Shown: positions 1 to 7,896 of the stretch, piece by piece | Numbering within the stretch: the first letter of the stretch is position 1 | How the letters are laid out: every line of letters starts with the position of its first letter | NCBI GenBank assembly: GCA_017960065.1 | Contig: JAGCZK010000038.1 | Location: forward strand, 1-29,602 | Reading direction: 5' to 3' | DNA length: 29,602 nt | Source: Paludibacteraceae bacterium | GTDB lineage: Bacteria > Bacteroidota > Bacteroidia > Bacteroidales > Paludibacteraceae | Position numbers and translations under genes: made by a program | Notes under the pieces: model-generated | Seen by the model: only the letters and a program-made list of their open reading frames with translations | The model's database searches: none | Told to the model about the DNA's origin: nothing

Positions 1-29
1 CAAATTGGTGCAAACCATAAATACCGACC

Positions 30-57
30 GTAGAGACGTGGCGCGCCACGTCTCTAC
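30..57. repeat. Perfect 28-bp palindrome, REP-like (GTAG-tipped)
   Basis: gtagagacgtggcgcgccacgtctctac is its own reverse complement. It has GTAG...CTAC ends typical of REP elements and lies 19 bp past the recX stop. Confidence 0.8.
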
Positions 58-76
58 AACGATGATTGCGACAATC

Positions 77-523
77 CTACCCCAACGCCCGCACCACCGC
101 GTCCATTTCAAATCCGCGCGAGGCGGCGAAACGCATCAGTTTGTTGCGTACGGTGTAATCATCGCCCGAGAGGGTCCGTTTTTTGGCTTGTAGAATCGAT
201 TTAAGACGCGATTGGTAGTCTTCCTCGTCAATGGATGCCAGCGCCTCGGAAATCGCCGCATCCGGCACATTTTTCATGCGCAGCGCATAGCGTATTTTGA
301 CACGGCCCCATCCGGCGAACCGCAGTTTGTCGTGCGCAAAGGCACAGGCATAGCGGGCCTCATCCAAAAAATGGTGCTGCGTGAGGTATTGCAACACCGC
401 GTCGATTTGTTCTTGGGTGGCACTGGCACGCGCCAGTTTGCTGCAAACGTCTTGCTTGCAACGTTCTGCAGCGGCGCAATAGGCCGCTGCAGTGTCTTTC
501 ATTTTTTGAAGCGCTCCGTCCAT
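77..523 (-). CDS. recX: RecX family regulatory protein
   Basis: Contains AAAYCAAAERC, FLDEARYA, GWGRVKIRYALRMK and KLMRFAASRGF, matching the RecX three-helix repeat pattern. Alternative start at 502. Confidence 0.9.
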   Translation of the reverse strand: MDGALQKMKDTAAAYCAAAERCKQDVCSKLARASATQEQIDAVLQYLTQHHFLDEARYACAFAHDKLRFAGWGRVKIRYALRMKNVPDAAISEALASIDEEDYQSRLKSILQAKKRTLSGDDYTVRNKLMRFAASRGFEMDAVVRALG

Positions 524-526
524 GGA

Positions 527-3500
527 CTAATATACCACATGAACGGCTTTCACATCGGCAATCCGGCCCTCGGTGTCGTAAATCAGCACCTTGTAGGTTC
601 CAACGGCCAGCTCACGGATATCGAGGTCGTACGAACTTGCCGGGGTGTCGAGGGCTACGTCGATGTACTTGGTTGCCTGATCGCTGCTGTACACCTGAAT
701 ACGACGGATGTTGGCGTCGGTCTGCACGTGGCATACCTTTTGCACGGCCAGGCGTTTGGTAAAGTCGATTACCAGCGGATCCTGGAAGAAGTACAGGTTG
801 TCGAGGTAGATGTCCGCAGGTATCGACAAATTGACATCCGGCCCCGGAGCATGGATATACAACTGCGTCATGGCATTGGACATCGAGGTCTTCTGCGCAT
901 CTGTAATGTCAAATTCAACATGGTTCCAACCACAATGCAATTCAAATTTTCCAAATTGCTGGTTGGTGTTTCCATTACCACCCCGGATATCAATCGTCAT
1001 CGGCTTCTCGGCCCACAAATCGACGCTCATACCGTGCATGGCGGTGATGTCAACCGAAGAGAACTCAAAGGCCAAGTGATAGATGTTGTCGTAGAAATAG
1101 GTGTTGTTTCCTCCTATCTGAACCAACTCGGCAGAGTTGTTCTGGTTGAACAAGGTGCCATCGTTGGTCCGGAACGAAGCCACTCCAGTCGTATAGGCAT
1201 CACTGAACAACGAAACCACTGCCGACTCAGGCATTTCAGGGGTAGCCGCAGCCGCGGCAGGCGATGAGCTGCAACTTGCGTCGGCATAGAAATAGACATT
1301 GTCCACATACATATTATACGGAAGTGTGGGCGCGGTTCCATTCAAATCAGCGACGGGGTCGATTGACAGTCTGAAGTTAGTCAAAGCGGCAAAATTCAAA
1401 TTGATGGCATTCAACGGAATGTCGAAGGAATTCCACTCGCCCAGGACAAACTCCTGAGGATAAACAATATAATTCTCTTGCAATCCGAAACGGAGATAAT
1501 GGCTATCCACCGTTCCATTGTCGGGCAAATAGATGTCCAAGTGGATGTAATCCATATCGGTCACATCGGCAAACATGGCGTTCGTGCTGTACAACAACGT
1601 GGCGGAATTAGGAGTACATGCATTGCGTCGGATAACATTGAATTTCAACACATCAAGGCCTCCTGCTGTCTCATTTGTCGTACATGTAGCAGAAGAATAC
1701 TGACTATGAAGGTCCGTGAAATTATTCACTGTTGTGTAACGCGAAACGTACAGATGTTTTTTGTCTGCACTAGACTCTATGAACTCAGGTTCCGGAGAGT
1801 CAGGACATTGGCCGCAGACATCACGTGTGGAAATGAGCGTTCCGCCTTGGAATTTCATCTTGACAGCCGCACCGTCTTGATGCGTCAGCGTGATCTCGGT
1901 CAACTCATTGGCACCGGGTGCACGTCCGAGCGTAACGTACAAGTACTCAGCCGTAGCAGCTTGGATGTTCGGTGTCATCGCGCCTCCGGTTGCACGAGCC
2001 GTTACTGTATAAAGAGCAGCATTCTGAGCATATTCCGTACCATATCCTTCAAAATAGATCATGACACCGGCACCCTCAATACGGGTCGTGTTCTGCACAT
2101 TGAGCATCTCCTTGGAGAATTCGCAAGATTCGTCATTATATATGAAATAATTGTCCATATACAAGGTGTAGGGAGATGTTGGATACCCATCTCCTACCAT
2201 TGGCACAATACACATACGATTGGTGTTGGATCTACCAAAACTGCTAATGGGAATGTCAAAACTATTCCAAGCATTCAATGTAAGAGAGGTTTTATAAACG
2301 GGTGTTCCATTGAGTTCTCCTCCCCAAAAAGCAATTTTCGTAATGGTACGGGTCACTGCATCATCCGGAATAAAGATGTCAACATGCAACTTGTCATAAT
2401 CTCCGAAAGAAGCCCCGAGATTATCCAGAATCCACAAGATTCCTTTATTCGCATTTCCACCTCCTCTCATGCTATACTTCTTCACCGTATGAGTTGCATC
2501 AATGTCGAACGTGGCATTTGCAGCATCGGACCAAGCAGCTCCTTGATAAGCGCCAGCGACTTCCTCCCCATATTGTGTACTATAAATTGAAAGGACATCC
2601 TCTGGGAAAAAATCATAGGTTGGTGGCAAAGGAATCTCAGGATTGTAAAAGAAATAGTTGTCCAAATAAACGACATAGGGAGAATCTGGATACCCATCAT
2701 CCACCATAGGAATAATACACAATCTTCCGGTATTATTCCTATTAAAACTTGCAACTGGCATATCATAACTATTCCATGCTCCCAACGTAATATCAGTCAT
2801 GTCAATAGCATTGCCCTCTCTTTCTCCAGCATAGAAACGGATTTTGGTTATCGTACGCGTAACGGCATTATCCGGAATATACAAATCCACATGTAGCGAA
2901 TCGTATTTTACGATATTGGCACCCAAGTTGTCAACGAACCACAACATACCATTAGCAACATTCGCACCTCCAGACCCGGCAAGATTTAAGACTTTGATCG
3001 TATGGTTCTCATCAATAGAAAGAGTGCCATTGGTAGCATTTGAATATCTTGAATCCTGTTCGGCGCCTGCAATATCCTCACCATATTGAGTACTATACAC
3101 AGACAAGACCAGATTTTCTGGATGAGAATAGGTCGGAGCCAAGGGAAACGTAACAACATCTTTTACTACGGTTGCATTCTCAGGTCCTGAAGTTCCAGAG
3201 ACTCGAACACGGTATGAAGAATGAGATGCCAGTCCCGTTATTGTGTAGGGCGATGTCGCTGTAGCCGAGGCAGTTGTCCAATTCGTTCCTCCATCTGAGC
3301 TATACTCAACCATGAATTGACTGGGATCTGTTTCAAATCCAAACGGCGACCAATCGAGAGCAAGTTCATCCTCATTCGGAGTTATAGTCAAATTAATACG
3401 TGGCTCAAGACACCAACTAACAGAATGTTGGCCAAAACTGACTTCTCCTCCAATCATCACATATAAAGGAGTGTAAACATCTGGAGCAACTGTGGATTCT

Positions 3501-3802
3501 AGAGAGACCCTGATTGTATGCCCATCAGCGGATATGGATTTGTTAGAGTAAGTACTTAAGTTGTAATTACCATACGAAGTGCTCACGAAAGTTCCACCAA
3601 AACCAGTCATTGATTCCGTAGAAGTTATGGTCATCAAGTACTCCGTAAGTTCTACCTGTTCATAAAGGACATTAATGGTATGATTTCCGTTCGTATACAC
3701 TTCAACCGGACACACCGCCTTTGCTTCGAGGCCTAAGCCCATAGCAAGCACTACGCAGCTCGAAAGTAAGTAACGCCAAAATTTGGGAGATTGCTTTTTC
3801 AT
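527..3802 (-). CDS. Large secreted protein (1091 aa): FN3 domain, four tandem CBM-like jelly-roll modules, probable T9SS C-terminal domain
   Basis: Start moved to MKKQSPKFW (ATG at 3802) because a signal peptide follows and an SD lies upstream. FN3-like segment LDWSP...YTITGL...YRVRVSG. Four repeats of V(L/V)S.(Y/F)S..Y / H.D.(Y/F/W) / W(N)S(F/Y)DIP / Y.DN.(Y/F)F(Y/F). C-terminus LDIRELAVGTYKVLIY resembles a type A CTD. Confidence 0.8.
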   Translation of the reverse strand: MKKQSPKFWRYLLSSCVVLAMGLGLEAKAVCPVEVYTNGNHTINVLYEQVELTEYLMTITSTESMTGFGGTFVSTSYGNYNLSTYSNKSISADGHTIRVSLESTVAPDVYTPLYVMIGGEVSFGQHSVSWCLEPRINLTITPNEDELALDWSPFGFETDPSQFMVEYSSDGGTNWTTASATATSPYTITGLASHSSYRVRVSGTSGPENATVVKDVVTFPLAPTYSHPENLVLSVYSTQYGEDIAGAEQDSRYSNATNGTLSIDENHTIKVLNLAGSGGANVANGMLWFVDNLGANIVKYDSLHVDLYIPDNAVTRTITKIRFYAGEREGNAIDMTDITLGAWNSYDMPVASFNRNNTGRLCIIPMVDDGYPDSPYVVYLDNYFFYNPEIPLPPTYDFFPEDVLSIYSTQYGEEVAGAYQGAAWSDAANATFDIDATHTVKKYSMRGGGNANKGILWILDNLGASFGDYDKLHVDIFIPDDAVTRTITKIAFWGGELNGTPVYKTSLTLNAWNSFDIPISSFGRSNTNRMCIVPMVGDGYPTSPYTLYMDNYFIYNDESCEFSKEMLNVQNTTRIEGAGVMIYFEGYGTEYAQNAALYTVTARATGGAMTPNIQAATAEYLYVTLGRAPGANELTEITLTHQDGAAVKMKFQGGTLISTRDVCGQCPDSPEPEFIESSADKKHLYVSRYTTVNNFTDLHSQYSSATCTTNETAGGLDVLKFNVIRRNACTPNSATLLYSTNAMFADVTDMDYIHLDIYLPDNGTVDSHYLRFGLQENYIVYPQEFVLGEWNSFDIPLNAINLNFAALTNFRLSIDPVADLNGTAPTLPYNMYVDNVYFYADASCSSSPAAAAATPEMPESAVVSLFSDAYTTGVASFRTNDGTLFNQNNSAELVQIGGNNTYFYDNIYHLAFEFSSVDITAMHGMSVDLWAEKPMTIDIRGGNGNTNQQFGKFELHCGWNHVEFDITDAQKTSMSNAMTQLYIHAPGPDVNLSIPADIYLDNLYFFQDPLVIDFTKRLAVQKVCHVQTDANIRRIQVYSSDQATKYIDVALDTPASSYDLDIRELAVGTYKVLIYDTEGRIADVKAVHVVY

Positions 3803-3808
3803 AATAGG

Positions 3809-3817
3809 CCTCCTTTC
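3809..3817 (-). promoter_or_regulatory. Canonical Shine-Dalgarno (GAAAGGAGG)
   Basis: Minus strand reads gggaaaggaggcctattATG, with AGGAGG 6 nt before the ATG at 3802. Confidence 0.6.
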
Positions 3818-3920
3818 CCGTCCGCAAGACGGACGTACAAATTTGATTTTAAGATACAAAATACACCCCCACCTGTAACACCTGGCGAAAACCTCCAACA
3901 AGGCTCGCCGAAAGACAAGG

Positions 3921-4319
3921 TTACGCCCGATGCAGGCTGACCCTTGTTTTGTTATATTGATATGCCGCAAACGCAGCCACCATTAACAGCAACGCCCAGG
4001 CGCCGCCATCGAGCGGAAGCGGAACAGACTCGCCCAAACATTGGCTGTACAACGGTCCGCAATAGGCATCGTCATTATCTGCCAAACAAGCAGTCAACTC
4101 ATCCAAGCAGCAATTCATCCTATCGTCAGAGTATTCGTCATAACCGGCACAATCGCCAGCATACGGAGCCATTTGCATCGCTGGCGCAGAAGAAACCGGG
4201 ATATCAGAAAATCCTTCATCATACGACTCCGACGGCAAAGTCACCGCAAAAGCCACACCAGCCAACAGTGTTCCCAAAAGAACACTCAGAAACCTCTTTA
4301 CCGACATTATATTATTCAT
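3921..4319 (-). CDS. Small acidic six-Cys exported protein with PID-CTERM-like (PEP-CTERM-type) C-terminal sorting signal
   Basis: Signal peptide ending GVAFA. Cys cluster C-x12-CC-x6-C-x8-C-x6-C. Tail is VPLPLDGG, then hydrophobic AWALLLMVAAFAAY, then basic residues. Alternative start at 4307. Confidence 0.75.
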   Translation of the reverse strand: MNNIMSVKRFLSVLLGTLLAGVAFAVTLPSESYDEGFSDIPVSSAPAMQMAPYAGDCAGYDEYSDDRMNCCLDELTACLADNDDAYCGPLYSQCLGESVPLPLDGGAWALLLMVAAFAAYQYNKTRVSLHRA

Positions 4320-4323
4320 CGCT

Positions 4324-7300
4324 TTATTTGATTATCACTTTATAATTGTAAACCCCCAAGGCCGTAGCCACACGCAACAGGTAAGTGCCGGCAGCCAAAG
4401 GCAAATCAATCGTATTGTATTGCGGCTGCAGCTCGTAGGTCAGCGTGCGGCCAGCCATATCCGACACCCACAAGGTGCGCAGTTGCTCGCCTTCGTCGGC
4501 ACTCAGCGTAATGCGGTTGCGTTGCTGGAAGAGATAAACTTTCGGAGCAACGGTTTCTTCAACCGCCGTCAGACCACCCTCGCCATTGCCACCGGCAACG
4601 TATGCCGGAACAAGACGCAGGAAGAAACGGCCCTCGTTGTCGCCCACTTCGAGGTCGGCGATTTGGGCCACCTCGCCAGCGGCCAAATCATAGGTGACAC
4701 CGGTGGCACGGTCTTCGAGCACCACTTCGGCCATATCGTATTGCGAACCGGCCAGGATATTGACCGCTCCTTTATTCTGCAGACGGATACCCAGCGGCAC
4801 TACCGTTGCCTCTTCGGGCAAATCGACACGCGCCCACTTGGCATCGTATTGGTTGACGTAAATATCGGGCAAAGTGCCTTCCATCGCATTGAACACCTTC
4901 GGTGCATCCACGGTCAAATCCACACCTTCGGGCTTTTGGTCGTTGAAGCGCACACCGGCCAAGCTCGACGCCGTACCTGCAGCGTTTTGGGCCACCACCG
5001 AAGCGTATGGCAACTCGAGGCGTGCGGAGCGGTAGGCCGTAGAACTTGCTTCAAAGGCATTGGCAGGCAAGCTCAGGGTCGTACCGGCCGAAGGCGTAAA
5101 GATGAATCCGGTTTGCGGTTTGATCTTTTCGCCAGCCGCAGCCGTACGGAACGACTTGGTGCTGTAATCATACACTTGGAAGGTACCCGATGCCGACACA
5201 TTGTCCAGATTGATCGGAGCCGGATACGTGTTGTTCAGCAAGTTGGGCTGCCCGGCAGTAAGGCCGCTATAGGTAGGCAGCGCGTTGTCGTTGTAGAACT
5301 TACCGTTGAAGGTGTAGAGTTTCGAAACCGCACCGTCACCGGTTTTTGCCGGATTGTTGTCAATTCGGGTGTAATACAAACTTGCCGGATACTTGTACTG
5401 ACCGTATTGGTCCATAACGTTGATGGCCATCACACGGGTCGGATCGACATCCTCATACATCGAAGCGAACGCCTGGCCCCACGAGGCGACGCCGTTTTCG
5501 ATTGTAGCTTCGCGCATATACACTTGCGGTTGTGCGTTGAGGTAGAAGTCGCGCGACTGCAACATACGCACAGGGCCCGAAGTGCCTTCGTCGAACGGCT
5601 TGACCACCGTACCGACCAAGATCCATTCTTTTCGACCGGCCAGGAACTCCCAGGTCGCATAATCGTAGTGACCGTTGAGGTTTTCGACACCGAGCAGCGG
5701 CGCACCGTATTCGACATGGATATTGCCGGCCAGTTTGCTGGCATTGGCGTTGACTTGTTCGCCGCTGGCTTTGCTACGGTCGTTAAACGCCGGCACTACC
5801 GGGAAGTTCGTTACACCGGCAGCCGGAGTGGCATAGTTTTTGGAATCGGCAGCCGGAATCACGGCTTTGTATGTGGCGCTCAGCGGATCGGCGCACGTCA
5901 GCGGCAAGCCGGTCGAAGCAACCACCCAGTTGGCGCGGTCGTCCCAATCGGTGCCGTATTCGCCCTGCCATACCAACTCGGTCACTTCGGGAACCGAAAG
6001 GCCTTGTTGACAGGCACCCAGCGTCCAGCCGGTTTTGATACTGCCGGCATATACACCCAGCAAAGGCACATCAAACGTCAGCTCGGCATTGCCGACCGAG
6101 AACGTATAGCGCACAGCCGCATCGAACTCGCCGGGAGCTACAGGGCCGGTAAACGTCACCGTAGTGGATCCGGTAGCCACATCGCCGTTCGCGTCGGCCG
6201 TAAACGAAGTGGGTCCACCCAAGGCAAAGTTGGCGGCATCGGCTCCCACCAGCGAAGTGGTGACCGTCGTACCGTTGCCGATATGGAAACCGGTCAGGTC
6301 GATATCGTGCGAAGCAGTAGCGCCCGAAGCGGCCACATTCAGCACAATCGTCGCGATGTCGCCCGAAAGCAGGCTGGCATCGTCGAGCGTCGTGGTAGGA
6401 CGGACATTGCCACTGCGGATATTGTCGTCGGCCTTGGACAGGCCGGTCAGACCCGAGTGGTCGCGCGTCAGGGAGTAGCCGGTGTTGAAGGCCGTCCCGG
6501 CAATCACCAGGTCGGACGGGGCAATCGGATCGGCAGCGCACAAGTTGGCAGGCGCTGCAATAAAGAGGTCGGCATCTGTACCCGGGGCAAACGCCGAAGC
6601 GGTGTTGCTTTGGGCATCGTCGTATTTCGACCAGTAGTTGTTTTTACGCATGCGGGCACTCAACGCCGGCAACAGGTCGGAAGTGCCGGTCGAGGCATCG
6701 GTGCGCACCACAAAGGCGTTGGCGCTGCGGCCGGACACCGACGTGGAGTACGAAAGGCAGTTGTTGTATTGGAAGCCCACCGACGCCGTCTGGTAGTTGG
6801 CCTGATGGCCGTAGGCGGCCGTATTGCCATAACGGCCCATGGCAAAGAAATCGACTTTTTGGGTGGTATTGGTACCCGGAGCAATGTACAAGGTATTGTA
6901 ATATACGCCGATTTGGCCTACCGCACCGGCATCGCCGTCGAGGCGGACCAAAGCGGTCGGATAAGTGGCGTTGTTGTTCGTATTGTCGGACCAGAGGATG
7001 TTGTTCATCACCAGCACTTGCGTGGAATTGGCGATTTGCAACAACGTGGCGTGCGGGCCGCGCAAGGTATTGCGGAGCAACTGCACCCCGGTACTACCCG
7101 ACACGTTCAACGCCACGTCGGTCGCCGGTGTAGCCGATTCGAGCGAAACGCTGATGGCGTTGTTCTCCAAAATCACATCTTGCGAATTGGCCACCGACAA
7201 GCCGGTGGCACCCGACAACCGGACGTTGCAGTTGGCCACGCGCACGCCCTTCGACCCGCTGACCGACAGCGACGACAGCTTGGCTCGCCGCGAAGCGACC

Positions 7301-7593
7301 GCCGGCCGAATCGTCAGGGTTTTGCCTGCCGAAGCCGTATTGAAGCCGGATACCGACACCGCATACGCAGCCGTATCAGGCAACAAAATCACCACATCCT
7401 TTGCCAGTGCATTGCCACTGTAGTAAGTCGCATTGCCCGTCAAATCGGATAACACGGCGGCTACCGTGGCACCGCATCCGTCGGCACCAACAGTGTAATA
7501 AAGAGTGTCGCCCGTCAGTTCGGGACACGCCGCCCATACCGGCTGCATCATGCAAGCAGCCATCATAACCCCAAGGAAAGTCGCCTTTTTCAT
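4324..7593 (-). CDS. Large secreted protein (1089 aa) with N-terminal parallel beta-helix-like region, Ig-like region and T9SS type A C-terminal domain
   Basis: Start at MKKATFLGV with a signal peptide ending PVWA. Beta-helix-like repeats (VILENNAI, VQLLRNTL, VLVMNNIL, GVYYNTLY). Motif WQGEYGTDWDDRANW. C-terminus VSDMAGR...LAAGTYLLRV...YKVIIK. Confidence 0.85.
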   Translation of the reverse strand: MKKATFLGVMMAACMMQPVWAACPELTGDTLYYTVGADGCGATVAAVLSDLTGNATYYSGNALAKDVVILLPDTAAYAVSVSGFNTASAGKTLTIRPAVASRRAKLSSLSVSGSKGVRVANCNVRLSGATGLSVANSQDVILENNAISVSLESATPATDVALNVSGSTGVQLLRNTLRGPHATLLQIANSTQVLVMNNILWSDNTNNNATYPTALVRLDGDAGAVGQIGVYYNTLYIAPGTNTTQKVDFFAMGRYGNTAAYGHQANYQTASVGFQYNNCLSYSTSVSGRSANAFVVRTDASTGTSDLLPALSARMRKNNYWSKYDDAQSNTASAFAPGTDADLFIAAPANLCAADPIAPSDLVIAGTAFNTGYSLTRDHSGLTGLSKADDNIRSGNVRPTTTLDDASLLSGDIATIVLNVAASGATASHDIDLTGFHIGNGTTVTTSLVGADAANFALGGPTSFTADANGDVATGSTTVTFTGPVAPGEFDAAVRYTFSVGNAELTFDVPLLGVYAGSIKTGWTLGACQQGLSVPEVTELVWQGEYGTDWDDRANWVVASTGLPLTCADPLSATYKAVIPAADSKNYATPAAGVTNFPVVPAFNDRSKASGEQVNANASKLAGNIHVEYGAPLLGVENLNGHYDYATWEFLAGRKEWILVGTVVKPFDEGTSGPVRMLQSRDFYLNAQPQVYMREATIENGVASWGQAFASMYEDVDPTRVMAINVMDQYGQYKYPASLYYTRIDNNPAKTGDGAVSKLYTFNGKFYNDNALPTYSGLTAGQPNLLNNTYPAPINLDNVSASGTFQVYDYSTKSFRTAAAGEKIKPQTGFIFTPSAGTTLSLPANAFEASSTAYRSARLELPYASVVAQNAAGTASSLAGVRFNDQKPEGVDLTVDAPKVFNAMEGTLPDIYVNQYDAKWARVDLPEEATVVPLGIRLQNKGAVNILAGSQYDMAEVVLEDRATGVTYDLAAGEVAQIADLEVGDNEGRFFLRLVPAYVAGGNGEGGLTAVEETVAPKVYLFQQRNRITLSADEGEQLRTLWVSDMAGRTLTYELQPQYNTIDLPLAAGTYLLRVATALGVYNYKVIIK

Positions 7594-7620
7594 ACGCGTG
7601 CGTTTTAATGGTATCACCTC

Positions 7621-7628
7621 CAAAGATA
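7621..7628 (-). promoter_or_regulatory. Bacteroidota -7 promoter box (TATCTTTG) for the surface-protein cluster
   Basis: Plus-strand caaagata is minus-strand TATCTTTG, 27 nt upstream of the ATG at 7593. No well-spaced -33 box was found. Confidence 0.55.
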
Positions 7629-7857
7629 GCGAGTTTTTTTCATACAAGAAAGCTTTTCTGAAAAAATATTTAAATTTTTTGACATTTTCAGTCTCTGCCC
7701 GTCAAAGGAAAAGACACGCAGCCAAGGCCTGCCTGCGGCACCGGCAGGCGGGTTTTGGAATACAAAAACATACGGTTTCACCGAAAGATTTTCGGATTGG
7801 AACCCTCCAGAAAAAAGCCCGCTATCCGGCTCATTTTCAGGAAAGAGCGCCGGAGTA

Positions 7858-7888
7858 TTGGGATTTTGTGGATTAAATGTTAACTTTG
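7858..7888 (+). promoter_or_regulatory. Bacteroidota sigma-A promoter (TTG-N20-TAACTTTG)
   Basis: ttg at 7858-7860 and taactttg at 7881-7888. The ATG at 7897 follows 8 nt later. Confidence 0.7.
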
Positions 7889-7896
7889 CAAGGATT

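Noticed and set aside
5-193. 62-aa + strand ORF
   Set aside because: It runs through the REP-like palindrome and antisense to recX, with no coding features.
2135-3136. Diversity-generating retroelement template/variable repeat pair
   Set aside because: The similarity is at protein level with differences spread over synonymous sites, not adenine-specific. There is no reverse transcriptase in the window.
3885-3910. Hairpin after the PID-CTERM-like gene as a terminator or riboswitch
   Set aside because: The stem is interrupted (ggcga-gcct/aggt-tt-tcgcc), has no U-tract, and shows no riboswitch consensus I can recognise.
3803-3970. 56-aa N-terminal extension of the 1147-aa ORF
   Set aside because: It overlaps the upstream gene. 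The signal peptide and SD identify 3802 as the start.
4420-7452. 1010-aa ORF on the + strand
   Set aside because: It is the antisense shadow of the T9SS cargo gene, produced by codon bias. It is Arg/Gly/Val/His-rich with no motifs.
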